From the NCBI RefSeq assembly GCF_009914755.1, contig NC_060947.1: a stretch of 64,000 bases of DNA; one strand, given 5' to 3'. The translations under genes and the position numbers were made by a program. Below are positions 33,169 to 52,954 of the stretch, piece by piece. Under the pieces are notes generated by a model. That model was given only the letters and a program-made list of their open reading frames with translations. It was not told the origin of the DNA and did not search any database. The stretch's first letter is position 1; every line of letters starts with the position of its first letter. The stretch comes from the human T2T-CHM13v2.0 reference genome, Homo sapiens.

Positions 33169-34400
33169 CTATGATCTAAGGCCTGTTTGGGCTTTTCTTT
33201 TTAGCAGTCGAGGGCTAGCCTCAGTTTTTAAAGCAGAAAATAACACATATATAATTTATTTTAAGGAAGATAGCAAATTTGTAGGGGATAAGCAGGGGGA
33301 AAAACTTTTCAGGGAAGCCACTTAAGAGGGAAACCAGAGGGTGATGGTCTGGTTAAGGTGAAGGGTAAGGGAGGGTTGCCTAAACTAAGATGGTGTGGGG
33401 CAGTAGAAAGAGAGCAAAGAAGCCAAACTGAAAACACTTATCTATGGTAGAATCATCAGGACTTAGTGACTATAACTAAAGAAGCAAGAGAGATGGATTA
33501 ATCATACATTTGTATAGTAAATCCTTATTTTTGTTTTACTAGTCCCAAGTAAGTTATATTAACTCCAATGAGCTTATAGAACCGCTTCCTGGATTACATT
33601 TAAAGATGATTCCATTTCAGGGAATCTTCAGAGTATGAAAGCAGTAAGTTACAGCCATTTCATATAGTTTTTATTAGCCTGTGTATAGTGAAACTTCAAA
33701 AGACGATGATCACCCAAGTGGTTTGGCTTCTTTTGGAGAAGTAGCAAGAAAGGAAAGTATCCAAGGTCCTTAATATAGGCTGCCTTCTGTGCCTCTCCAT
33801 CATGTAGCAAGCAGCCATATAATGCTGCCTTGGCACCCCCTAATGGCCATAGGAATTAAAAAACAAAACAAAACAAAAAACCAATGAACTAGAACATTTT
33901 TCCCAGAATTGCTTCTCACCGTTAACAAAAATGAATAGATACGTGACTGGCTGTATATAGATGGACTTCAAAAGCAAATCAGCAAAAAAACAACTTGCAG
34001 GCATATTGGAGTTATACTATGAATAGCTTTTTTTAAACTATGTATTGTTTATGAACACGTACTTATATAGTAAAAGACAAACATAAAGACAGGAAGGTTA
34101 TACCCCAAATTTGTGAAAGTGTTTGCCTCTTAGCAGGCAAGAAGGAAAATGGGTCTGGGGAATGAAGACAAAGGAAATATCAACTGTATTGTCAACGTTT
34201 TATCTTTTTAATCAAAAAAGTAACACAAACATTAAAAAAACAGCATTTATTAATTCTGGATAATGGGTACATATGGGTCTGCTATATTATTCTCTGTATA
34301 CATATATAATCTTTATAGATATATAATCTTTATATATATATATGTATATGTAGAGCCTTTTAAAAAACCCTTATTATATACGTAACTTATATATATATAA

Positions 34401-35230
<830 letters not shown>

Positions 35231-36002
35231 TAAATTAGTATTCTTGAAACACTGAACTATATCAAAAACAATTATTAATAGTCCATTTCAGGAAGCCATT
35301 TAACATTCCAAATAGTTTCAAATATTATTATATAGAAGGTAGTAATTTAAAAAGTAATCCTCCCTTTGTTTTAAATAAAAGGGGAAAGAGAGAAGTGTTA
35401 ACATTTCAGGGTCCATAGTTTTTCTATCCAAATATGTCAGATTAAACACCTCCTCCTAATAACTGCTAACAACTGATGCCCCTGTAGTCCAGGCATTTAT
35501 TACATCAGCCCTTGATTACTATAACAGCTTCTTAAGCCAGCATCTCTGCTTGTAGCCTCCTCACTTCTCAACTAATCCTGCAGAATATTCTTTATAAGCT
35601 ACTGTCTCTGCTTTTGTTATATCATTCTCCTGCTTTAAAAACCTAAAATGATTCCCCAGTGCCTGCCCCATCAAGCTAAATGTCTTTCCTTGGCTTCCAA
35701 GGCCCCCTATAATTTAGGCCCACTTCATTTAGCCAACTTTATTTTCCTTCTGCTACACACACAGCCTGATTTAATCAGGCAGCTCTCCAATTACTGCCGC
35801 ATATGCTATGCTTCCCCCTGCTGGAAACATCCTGCTCAAAATCCTCCGCTTACTCAAATTCTACCATTAGCTGAGTTTCAGCTCAGGTCCTACTTCTCTA
35901 CCAAGCTTTCTCACTACTCTAACACACACTGAGCCTTCCTTTATCACTCCTCCTAATCAGGACCACTTGTGGGAACACGGGAACACTTTTAAATCAGCCA
36001 GT

Positions 36003-36318
36003 CTTTTCTTTTTCTTTTCTTTTTTTTTTGAGACAGGGTCTCTCTCTCTCTGTCACCCAGGCTGAGTGTAGTGGTGGGATCACAGCTCACTGGAGCCTCA
36101 ACCTCCTGGGCTCAAGCGATCCTCCACCCTAGCCACCCAGGTAGCTGGGACCACAGGCACACGCCACCACACCTGGCTTTTTTTTTTTTTTTTTTTTTGT
36201 AGAGACAAAGTCTTAATATGTTGCCCAGGCTAGTCTTGAACTCCCTGGCTCAAGTGATCAGCCTGCCTCGGCCACCCAAAGTGCTGGGATTACAGGCATG
36301 AGCTACCATTCTCGACCT
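36003..36318 (-). mobile_element. AluJ
   Basis: Dimer; degenerate TSD taaatcag(c/g)ca(g/c)tctt. Confidence 0.92.
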
Positions 36319-36991
36319 AAATCAGGCACTCTTAACCACAGGGATCTACATATGGGTTCAGGGACTATGTTCCATATGCAAAGTTTACTGTGTACTTTTT
36401 CTTTTTTGAGAGGGAGTCTAAAGTTTTCCTCACACTGTCAGAAGAGATTTATGAACCCTCTACTCCCTCAAACAAAAACGCAAACAACAACAACAAAATC
36501 AGACTGAGCTCAATGTTTTCCAATTTTTCCATGTAACTCGGGAATAGCATTTAGCTTTGTCTCCCCAGCTCATTCTTAGGCTACTTGAAAGTGAGGGGCA
36601 TATCTTATACTAGCTCTGAAAGGCAAAACAGGGCACAAAGATAAACTGATAAGATAGCCAATAACCATTTGCTTTAGTTATACTCTCAAACTAAGAGATT
36701 AGTAAAAAGAACACTAGGATTTGATTTCCAAGTCTCATTCTGCAATACCTCCCAAATTTTACGTGAGCTTATTTACTTCTGGTTCTTTCGAATAGGATCT
36801 TTTGACATCCTTAAGTCCAAATGAGTTATTAATCCCCAGGTCTAGGCAACTAAAGCCCATCTACCTGTTTCTGGGGTCAGAATGAAACACTATCTGCAAA
36901 GAGCTAAGCTACTACAAATACCACATTAACTCAATCTCAACGGGCAGGGGGAGAAAGAAGAGAATTATATCCCTAACAAAATTAAAATCTC

Positions 36992-37303
<312 letters not shown>

Positions 37304-37426
37304 CTATATCTTCAAAATATTTTAACACGCATTTCAGTTCTGGGAATTACTAGAATGGCCTAATTGCCAATGCTTCCCAAGTTCATTTTGACCTGAAATT
37401 GTCTTAAAATAACAGCAAATGTTGAC

Positions 37427-37804
37427 TTTAGTCTCCCCTTATCCACGGTTTTTGCTTTCCCTGGTTTCAGTTACCCATGGTCAATTGAGCTCTGAAAATA
37501 TTCAATGGAGAATTCCAAAAGTAATCAATTCATAGGTTTTAAAATGTACGCCATTCTGAGTAGCATGATTAAATCTCTTGCTGTCCCGCTCTGCACAACC
37601 AGGAACATGAATCATCCCTTTGTCCAGTATATCAACGTTGTCTACACTATCCATCCGTTAGTCACTTAGTAGCCATGTCAGTTATCAGATCAAAAAAAAA
37701 AAAAAAACATAGCATTTCCTGTATAGGGTTTAGTAGTAACTGCAGTTTTAGGCATCTACGGGAGATCTTAGAATGATACCCCCTGAGTGTAATGAGGGAC
37801 TACT
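37427..37804. mobile_element. MER44/Tigger7-like TcMar element
   Basis: tagtctccccttatccacgg...gagggactacta terminal repeats; gtcacttagtagcc core. Confidence 0.75.
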
Positions 37805-37932
37805 ACACCTTTAACTAATCATCATTTACTTTTCAATCAAAATCCAACCTAAATGATAAAAAGATTTGAACAAGAGGCATTTCTCCTAGTCTCAGGTTAC
37901 TTAACTTTTACACATTTAAAATAGCTATTAGT

Positions 37933-38072
37933 AGCCAGGCACAGTGGTGCATGCCTGTAGTCCCAGCTATTCAGGAGGCTGTGAGGCATGAGGATCGCTT
38001 GAATCCAGGAGTTCAAAACCAGCCTAGGCAACATAGTGAGACACCCCCCCCAACCCCCGATCTTGAAAATAA
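37933..38072 (+). mobile_element. FLAM (Alu monomer)
   Basis: TSD tagctattagta. Confidence 0.88.
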
Positions 38073-38345
38073 AGTAGCTATTAGTAAAGCATTTTCTCAT
38101 TCATCAAACCTTTGTTTCATGCACACTACTGAATGAAATCAATAATAGTTAAGTATATGAATTCTGCAGGTCAATAGACTGCTTCAAACACCAGCTCGCC
38201 CACTTACCAGACTGTGTGATGTTTGGAAAAGTCATTTAATCTTATCAAGCCTCATTTCCTTTACCTGTAAAAATGAAACAACATCTACTTCCCAGGGTTG
38301 CTGTTAAGAATTAAGTGAGATGCTGCAGGTAACACACTAGGTGTG

Positions 38346-38362
38346 TTACTGTATACTAGGAG

Positions 38363-38394
<32 letters not shown>

Positions 38395-38620
38395 TAGGAT
38401 ATATATATATATATATACACACACACTAGGATATATATATACATATATACTAGGATATGTGTGTATATATATACTAGGATATATGTGTATATATATATAT
38501 ACATATATACTAGGATATACATATATATGTATATATATACACATATATATGTATACTAGGATATATATAGTAAGGTGACTTACTGTATACTAGGATAATA
38601 CCTGGTATACAGTAAGTCAC
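38346..38620. repeat. TA-rich array punctuated by ACTAGG units, ending in a 20-bp inverted repeat
   Basis: Seen directly. Confidence 0.9.
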
Positions 38621-38776
38621 TCAAGCAATGACAGCAAATATCATCAGTATGTTGGATGGTGTCATATGTGCCATGCATGGGGTCAGTGGGAGGGTTATAA
38701 AGACATGAAGTTTCCATGCTAGTTAGGAAGACAGACATTCATAACAATTTTAAAATTGTTTACATTTTTATCATTA

Positions 38777-39034
<258 letters not shown>

Positions 39035-39374
39035 CTAAAAGAAATAGAAATTTGGGGGTGAGAAACAAACAGGCAGCAAGGAACACCAAGCATTTATGTA
39101 GGGCATGCCACTTCAGCCTAAATCATACATTCTCCATGGCCAGGTTGCCCTTTGCCTGGTTTGCTGTGTAAACCAGTCCCTGATTCTTCTGCTACATACC
39201 ACTCCTCTGGATAAATTCGTGTATGTCTAAAAAGAAAAGGAAAACTGGCTTGAGCTGCTGTTCTTAAACTGATTTTTTAAAAAATTAGGTTGTAAGTAGT
39301 GAGGACCTTAACAAAAAGAAAATAAGAAGGCAAAGGAATTAAGAGGAGATGTCAAAAAGGGGGAGATTTTAGTG

Positions 39375-39493
39375 TTAGGTTGGTGCAAAAGTAATTGCAG
39401 TTTGTGCCAAAAAAAAAAAATCGCTTACTTAGGTTGGTGCAAAAGTAATTGTGGTTTGTTCCTTTAATGGCAATTACTTTTGTACCAACCTAA
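39375..39493. mobile_element. MADE1 (mariner MITE), rearranged
   Basis: ttaggttggtgcaaaagtaattg terminal repeat twice forward and once reverse. Confidence 0.9.
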
Positions 39494-39501
39494 GTAAGCG
39501 A

Positions 39502-39786
39502 TTTTTTTTTTTTTTTGAGATAGAGTCTCGCTCTGTTGCCCAGGCTGGAGTGCAGTAGCACAATCATGGCTCACTGCAGACTCAACCTCCTGAGCTCAAG
39601 CAATCCTCCAGCCTCGGCCCAGCGAGTGGCTGGAGGTACATGTGTGTGCCACCATGCCTGGCTAATTTTTAAAGTTTTTTTGTAGAGATGAGGTCTCACC
39701 ATGTTGCCCGGGCTGGGTTCAAGCAATCCTCCTGCTTTGGCCTTCCAAAATGCTGGGATCACAGGCATGAGCCACCATGCCCAGAT
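39502..39786 (-). mobile_element. AluJ
   Basis: Dimer with a small internal deletion. Confidence 0.92.
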
Positions 39787-40071
39787 GGGAAGCTGCTTTT
39801 TAAAAGGGCAAGCTTTGGTGCTAGTACATTTTAAACACTTTACAGAAATACTTAGACCTGAACACCATATAGTCGTCTTCAGATCATTTGCCCTTAATCA
39901 AGTCCTACAAAAACTCCCAAGAACCAATGAATCAGAAGAAATATTCATTCTAACACTAAACAGAATAACTTCTGAGTGTGTATGCTTAAAAAAAATCCCA
40001 GAGTTTCAGCATTAAGTCAGTCAACGTGGAATTTCATTTGTATACGTGTATCTAAAGGATAAAGTCAATTA

Positions 40072-40245
<174 letters not shown>

Positions 40246-42689
40246 TTAAAAAAATAATATTTTAAAATTGTACTACAAAAATTATATAAATTAAAAACAA
40301 GCTCTACCCACCACTGAAGTTCAACCAGCTCTAAAATGAAACAAAAGTATTTTATATCTATATATACACATACATATATATACATATATGTGTATATACA
40401 TATATGTATGTGTATAGATACAGTATCCTGCTGACTGTTTTTCTTTGTATTTTTAACAGAATCCTATTGATAAAAAAGTTGGCATTATCCCTTACCAAAA
40501 GAATGGTTACTAGACCTAGGATGCTTAGGTCATGGCTCAGACTGGTGACATTTATTTGCCTTTTGCCTTCAAATAATCATTTCCACATGCATTTATACCT
40601 TACTAGTTTTGTTTTAGGCAATTACAGTTTGCCTGTTAGGACTTGTGGTTTTTGCGGTAAATGAGGTAAGAGGAAGCCTGGTAGGGGTGTAAAACTTCTC
40701 TCAAACCAGCTGGTGAAACATTCACTGCAAAAATAATGATAGATCCGATATTCTACCATCTTTTTGCTTTAAATCCTGTTGCAAGCTACATAATCTATGA
40801 CACACGGATGTCTTCCCAAACGATTTTATTCTGATGTGATCAGATACTCTTTCTATCATGTAACCAAGGAAGCAGAGTTGCAAAGGGCTGTTAAATCCAT
40901 GAGAAAAACATGAATTCTGATAAATGCAAAGTTCATCACTGTTTCACTTTAAAATCGAATTGATTAGAAAGGCTGATGAATTTTTTGACGCAAAGTTATT
41001 TCCTAAATTTTCAACCTGCTACCTCTTTAGGCAGAGAAATGTTACAGAGACAGAAAAGCCTTGGAACTTTTCAGCTAACATGGTGGATCTTCTACACTTA
41101 AACATAGAAACATTATCTATTAAACTGAAGAGCCCAAGGACTCAAAATACTAATTCAGAGGAGAAAAAATATCCCAGCAAACATGCCAGCAGCATAAATA
41201 TTGGGCAACCATTTAAGGGATTTTCTTCACTGTATCACACATTACCCAAAGGGTAAGCTGTTTCCTGTTAAGATACTTGCATACTCTTTAATAATATCTG
41301 AGCAATCCACTGTCATCTACAGGTACAGACTTGCTATAGACTAGAGAAAAGTGCTAAGAGGAATATCAAGAAGGTATGCCTCAGCAACAGCTTTCAAGTT
41401 GTATAGAAGAGCCTATCGTCATGCTCTGGAGACCTGGCTGCTTTGCAAGCCAGAATATTATACTAAAGCTTGTGGTTACTGACAGTGACTAAATGCATTG
41501 GCTAAGGCTCAAAAAGACCTTGTGAGGCCTAAGTAGGTTTTATGATCATTCTTTTCTAAGTACAATACGGAAGGGAGCTGTTATACTTACTGATCCAAGG
41601 CTCCCTGCCATGGAGCCAAGAGCTCCAACTTACAATTTTAATGAACTGGAGGTTTGCTTTTTATATGCAGTCTTTTCTCGGTCTTGTTTAAGGTCTCTAG
41701 CTTTAGTATATTATTCTCCTTGTATTCAAAACATTCAAAAGTATTGAAAATTACCAAGAAAAGCCTCACATGTATTAATCATTTTCTTTCCAAATATATT
41801 AGAATAACAGGAAGAAGACCATGTAAAATAGTAATAGCATCGATAGCTTGCATCAATGTGTCTTAGGGTGTGAGAACTGACGTTTTATGAAACAAAAGGT
41901 AGAGGTTGTGGTTCAAACGTATCACTTAAAATTAAATTCAAGATAGTATACCTGGTGGCCCGTAAACAAGAGCTGAGAAACACCCTGAGGGTTCTGGCAC
42001 ACTCTGTTCCATTCCCTTCACAGCCTTTCTGCCTGAGTGCAATTCTTTCCACTTCTTGGTCCCCAACTCTAACTGCACAGGGACCACTTTTACTCAATAT
42101 CTCTCACCTCAAACTCAGCAATTCCCAAACTAAAATTCATTCTTCTGCTTCCTCCAAACTGGGTCCCTCCTCAGCTTTGCTAGCTCTAAATGAAGAGTGG
42201 GATCAGTCACTCAAGCTCAGTTTCAGAAATAGCCTCTACTTCTTTCTCTTCAAGAAGTCCTATTGATTTTTTTCCTTCAAATCTTCTCTTAAATACAATC
42301 TTTGTCTTTTATTTCTACTCCCAATCTATCACCCCACACCTAAATTATGACAGAAAATGCCTAGATACCCCTAGAAGTGCTGCCAGATTAATAATCCTTA
42401 AGTACCATTTCCTTTTAGGACACTTTCTTGTTCAAAAACTTTTACTGGCTCCAACATTCCCATATGAAATTTAAATTCCTCTGCCTGACTTTCAAAGTAA
42501 TCTTTAATCTTGTCCCATCCTATTCCTTCAACTTTTCTCAAACTATTTTCCCAGAGCACACCCTTTAATCCAGTTAAACTTGTTTCCACTGGGCTCAAAT
42601 GCCATACTCTATTCAACCTCTACCCTGGGCTTCTATTGTTCCTAACACTTGAAATCTACTTTCTTCTATTGGCCTAAATGCTCACCTCA

Positions 42690-44700
<2,011 letters not shown>

Positions 44701-45706
44701 CTATCTGTTTTTTCAGTAGCCATTTTCTCCACAAAGCTTTCCCTGACTATAAAAGCCCTCAAGGAGCAGTAATAATGCACATCCCATTTCAGTATATTTT
44801 ACATTATCCTGAATTATTCAGTTATTTTATAGCAGTAAATCCTGTCCCTCCTACTGTCATAAGCTCCAACACAGCAGTTTTCAACTGTCACTTCATAACA
44901 AACTGGTGTGCCATGGTAAATTATAGTATACAGTAAGTAATTTGTTACTAATAAAAAAAGTACCAAGTCTGTGAATGAATGATATATATGGATAGATTCA
45001 AGATTCCCTTTAGATAACATTTCTGTCACTCGTTTGAACTCCAGTATGCTCCCTTGATCAGATGATCTGATGTATCCCACAACCCCTAGCAGTGTGTCTT
45101 TTATATGAATGTCATCTATCATGAGTGTCATGGTAGGGGACACCATGTGTATTACTTTTCCTCTATCTCCTATCATTCCAAGTAGTGCTGAATGCATATT
45201 AGATTTTCAATAAATACTGATTAATTATATCAAGGTGAAAACACACTGCAATAGGGACCCAAAACATAGCTTAATCTAATTACAGAGAGGCCAGTCCTTT
45301 AGCTCTTCCAAATCTTGAACATATCAGTCTTCTGGATATTCCCTCAAACCCCATGTTGGGTTTCACTTCAATAAATTTTGACATGGATGTCAAGCTAGGA
45401 ACAGAGCTTTTCCCAAAAGGTAAGTTTACAGTTGAAATATTTACACTTTATTAAAAAGTATCTAGCAAGCAATTTCCATCCTTATTGCTGTGTTTGATTT
45501 TACAATACCCAATTTTTAAAAGGCTTTATGACATTAAAAAACCATAGATGAATATATTCTAGAGTGTGTAATTTTAGAGCTGAGAGTTTATTCTCTAAAT
45601 AAAAGAAAAAGGTATGCCTCAAAATCAACCGTTCTCAAAGTCAAATATCCTCTCAATCCTGTTTTCCAAAAAGGTCATTTGTAAATTCTTTTAGAATGCA
45701 GACCTT

Positions 45707-46059
<353 letters not shown>

Positions 46060-47153
46060 CTAGGTTTTTGCAAGTCTATTTGACCCAAAGTATAGCTGAA
46101 AACATAAACACACAAAATTAGGGGTGGGGGAAGAACATAATGCTAGCAATAAAACAAAACCAATAAAAAGAAACCAAACAATGATCCAAGATACAATGGA
46201 TTGATTATATAATGAAGTGATTAAGAGTCCCCATTCCTGGAGTGGAAGAGCTAGAACTCAAATCTGGCAGTCCAACTTCCTAGCTGTGAGACTTTGGGCA
46301 AGTTACCCTTGTTTAGAATTATAGTGCATATTTCTCCAATAGGTTCTTTGAAAGCATATAAACCCTTCAGAGCTAAAAGAAATTTGCCAAACAAGTTAGA
46401 TACCAATTTACAAGTCTCCTTTTTAGTAAACACAGCACCTAAAGGGAACCTTCCCAAGTTTTAGCTTTATGTTTACTTTCATCATATTAAATTCTGGACT
46501 CTTGTCCTCAAACTCATGAATTTAGAATGATGTTGAGCAAAAGGTCTTTTTAAAATACAGGACACAGAGGCATACGGTACCTATTTATCTTTGTTTTCTA
46601 TTCAGAGTGATGGTTTTCCTACAAGTTTAAGTCAGATTAACTGTTTCTCCTTTATAATTCCTAATAATAGGTACACTCATTGCATTCAGTTACTTTATAC
46701 CCTTGCTTTTGGTAAGTTTCTTAAAGGAGAAAAGCAATATGATTTTAAAGTAAGAATGTTGAACACATGAAAAAGAGTATTAAAAGTTAATAAAAATATG
46801 TTTTTAAGCTATAAAATGACTTAATTTGTTAAGGCCAAAGAGTGGGTAAGGAAACAAGATTCAACACTACTCAACTAATGGAAAGTGCTTATTGTTGAGC
46901 AGTGTTTGGCACACCTCCAGAATTCTTTCACAATGCACAGCAGGATACCAACAAGTACTTATAAAGTATACTTTTGGGTCTGAGGGGATCTCTGATCACT
47001 TTAATAAGAAATTATGATCAGAATACTTTTGCACTACAGAAAGAAGAGCAGCCTTCCTGCATCAAGGGTCATTTAAATCAGCTCCAGTGCTACGAAATAA
47101 TGCTTGGTTATAGACAAAATCTACCCAAAGATATAGGGGAAGAAAGCTGTTCT

Positions 47154-47337
47154 TTTGGGACATATTTGAGTATCTATAACCCTATCAGATGTGACAATCT
47201 GATATTTGGGACATATTTGAATATCTATAACCCTATCAGATATGATAATCAATGACTAACAAACTAATCTGGTATTTGGGACATATTTGAATATCTATAA
47301 CCCTATCAGATGTGATAATCAATGACTAACAAACTAA
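47154..47337. repeat. Tandem repeat with three copies of a ~46-bp core (periods 51 and 70)
   Basis: tttgggacatatttga.tatctataaccctatcagat at 47154, 47205 and 47275. Confidence 0.93.
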
Positions 47338-48029
47338 CAAGCCTGTCCTTTCTTATCTTCTAGCTTGACTTCTGTTTTTCGTTTTTTTTTTGTTTTTTTT
47401 TAGGGTTCAGAATTTTTCAGTCCTTTACAGTATCTCTATTATAACTAGAATAATTTGGCAGAACCTCGAAATCAAAGTTATCAGTTAAATGAAATGTGTT
47501 AAGCCTATAGAAAAATCTTAGTGCTTGTTTTCTCTCAGAGAAAACCTAACTTTGTGAAAACCTAACTCTCCTCACCAAGGAACTCCTAATTCTCCATATT
47601 ACCCCCTTCGAGACTACGGAGGTATATCTGAAGGAGTACAGGTAAGAAACTAGCATTATTATATGGGATTATACATTAGTAAATTACTGTATAATTATCC
47701 GTACTGCTTAGCACTGATCTTGAAGTTTTCAATCCAAAAGAACTTCTTGCAAAACATCATTTAAAATTCATGGAAGAAAAAGGAGACTAAATGAGTCTAG
47801 TTTACCACCATATCCCTAGTGCCCACCAATGAATATCTTCAACAAAAATTCACTACGGGTTAACCATGTACCAGACCCTATGCTAGGTAGGCAATGGGAA
47901 GTAACAGTACATAAGATCGTCTCTGCTCTTAGAGACTGCTACCATAGGAGAGACTTGACTAAAACTAGGGGGAAACAAAAAAGCGTGGAAAATAGGCTAG
48001 TAACCTAAGATTTTGCAAATGATAAGATT

Positions 48030-48680
<651 letters not shown>

Positions 48681-50065
48681 AAGGGAGAGGCTCCTACCAG
48701 TAACATACACTAAGAATATTTCTGTGAGGTTTTTCCCACCCAGAAAAGCCTCAAACCTAAAAAAAAAAAATTCTGAACCCTAAAAAAACAAACAAACAAA
48801 CCAAAAAACAGAAGTCAAGCTAGTTATAAGAATCAATAACCACAGAAGAATCCTGAAATCTATGATATCACAAAAGGACCATAATTAGGCAATTATATAA
48901 AGAAAGGATTTTCACCCACTATCCACTTTATAACACCTCTAAATCATATAGCTTCTCTTCGGAAAGTTGTCTGGTCAGTTACAATTCATCCAAATAAACA
49001 CCAGCATAATTTAATCTCTATGAAAAAGACCAATATATAGCCTCTAAGAATCCTTTTCTGTACTTATTCTAAAGCTGCTGTTTTTAAAAGGTTATGGGTG
49101 AAGCTGGGATAGAGTTATAAAGTTACAAAGTCAAACTGGCACAGCTAGAGCACTAATGCTAATAAGACTATAAATTTAGGACAGGTCCTCCTTCATTGGC
49201 ACTCCGTACAGTACCCAGGCACAGTTCTAGCTACATAGTAGGTACTTTACAAATATTTATTGATTTAGCTACATATTAGGTACTTTACAAATATTTATTA
49301 AGTTTTCAAAAACCTATTATTGGTATCCATTTTGATATAGAAAAGTAACTTGTGCAAAACCCACCAAGCAACTGCTAAATTCTTGACAGAAAAAGCTATA
49401 TGGGAGGACTTTGGGCTCCACACTGAACCAAGAGCCATCAGAAAATGCAGCTGTATAGAAAAATGGTTTCTATTTCATCCTGGAACCTCTTAAAAATCAG
49501 ATCTAGGTACATTATTAATATTTACTTTTCCAAATCCTGCTCTGAACTTGGAGGCGGAGGGAATCAATCTTGGAAATTTTCCAAGAGGAAGAATCTAGTT
49601 AGTCCTGATCAATAAATGGCAAACTAGCAGATGAGCTGATGGGTTCTTTTATGTGCTTCTTTTTGCATGTTTATTTTCTGCAGTGAGTAAGCATTGCTTT
49701 TGTAAAAACAAAACAAAAAAGCTTTCATTAAAAAACAAAAAAAAATTTAATGACATGAAAGCCAACAAGTAGGACAACTATTATTTTTTTCACTTTCCCA
49801 AAACAATAACAGTGTTGTATTTGTGCACAGATTCAATTGGCAGGGAACTACTGATTAACAGATGCCTTGGTCAGATGTGTTCTAGTCACTGATAAGGTAC
49901 TTTCCATTGTAAACAATCCTTTCTTAGGGTCAGTTGGCCCTCAGTAAGTGCTCCAAGGTACAGTTAAGGCTTCCAATTAAGTATTCAAGCAAAGCCTGCC
50001 TCAAGGCCGCCTTTCAGAAGTGCTACAGAAGAGTTTCCTGCGCGCTGTGAACAGTTGGACTACAT

Positions 50066-50690
<625 letters not shown>

Positions 50691-50727
50691 AGATAATCAA
50701 GAACCCTTCCAATACTATGGTTTTCGA

Positions 50728-50922
50728 GCAGGATTTATCAATGTTGGCACCATTGACATTTTCAGGGAGATGATTCTTTGTTGTCAGGGGCTGCCCTGTG
50801 CTTAGTTAGGATGTTTAGCAGCATCCTTGGCCTCTACCCACTAGATGCTAAAAGCAATCCCCCAGTTGTTACAACCAAAAATGTCTCCAGATGTTGCCAA
50901 ATGTCCCCTGGTTGAGAATCAC
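50728..50922. mobile_element. MER20
   Basis: ggatgtttagcagcatccttggcctctacccactagatgc...ccaaaaatgtctccaga. Confidence 0.88.
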
Positions 50923-51212
50923 TATTCCAGGGTGTTGATTTCATTCTACTGAAATGTGAATTACAAAATGTATACCTCTCACTGCTTTCTCAGACCCCTA
51001 ATATGTCTATTTCTTCCCCACTCCCATCTGGGTCTGTTCTTTATGTTATTTTATTAAGTCACAAATAGCAAGAGCAGGTGGGTAGCAACAAGCACAGCAT
51101 GAATCAAAGTCAGGAAGAGACACTTTAGTCAAAGTTCACTTTTAGGCATTAAAGTTGTTAGCGACCCACTGCCTATTAGGGCACAACACAATCAGCGAAC
51201 ATTCACCCAGCC

Positions 51213-51553
<341 letters not shown>

Positions 51554-52329
51554 TAACAACCCAATCCTTAGCAAGTTTGTCTACCTGCTCCCTGCACCCC
51601 CAAAATATGAGGTAATAGGCTAGCTGTGTGATGGGGAAGAAAGAAAAGAAGAAACTCTGAAGGCAAAGAGGTAGTCTACCAAACTCAAATACTCCACCCC
51701 CAAAACCTCACATCTGGGAGGCCCTCCTAACTGAAACGTCTGGGGATTTTTTTGTCAGCGTCTGGCTGGGAGGAAGTAGCAAAACTGGGAGAAAATCGAC
51801 ATCCTCAATACCTCCAAGTCAGATGTGCACTCCCCATCAAAGTTCCCCCTGAACCCCTTAGTCTCCAGAGGTTGGGTCCAAGTTTTCTTTCCTGGAAATT
51901 GCCCCAGCTACCTTAGGTTCCTTCGCCCTTAAAACTATGACTACCAAACTCAAACCCAGCATCACTCCTAATCTCTTGAATCATCCTTTCTTCACAGTCT
52001 CAAATTCCAACCTTCAAAATGCCCAACCCTGTCACTGCCCCTGCCCCTCAGGCTCTACTGTCCTATCTGTCCCATCTGTCCCCCACCCACACACTTCTCC
52101 CAAGCTACTCCAGGCAGGCATGGTCTTCTCTCTTAATTTCCTATCTCACCCCATAGTTTTTCCACCATCTTCAAAACTCTTCCCTGATCTCAGCAAACCA
52201 AGACTCTCCTAATTGTCTCTGGCGCCCAAAATCTGCATGTACCACCCTCCTACGCTCACTCCTCAGTGTTTTCCCCAAGTTACTCTTTCCACGCTGACCC
52301 TCTCCACGCTTCACTCCTCCCAGCCTACT

Positions 52330-52950
<621 letters not shown>

Positions 52951-52954
52951 TTCT

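Noticed and set aside
44814-45197. 127-aa minus-strand ORF in intron 1
   Set aside because: No recognisable domain or convincing splice context; partly overlaps L2-like sequence.
47154-47337. Repeat-spacer-like look (CRISPR)
   Set aside because: Spacers are very short or are themselves duplicated, there are no cas genes, and the context is a human intron.
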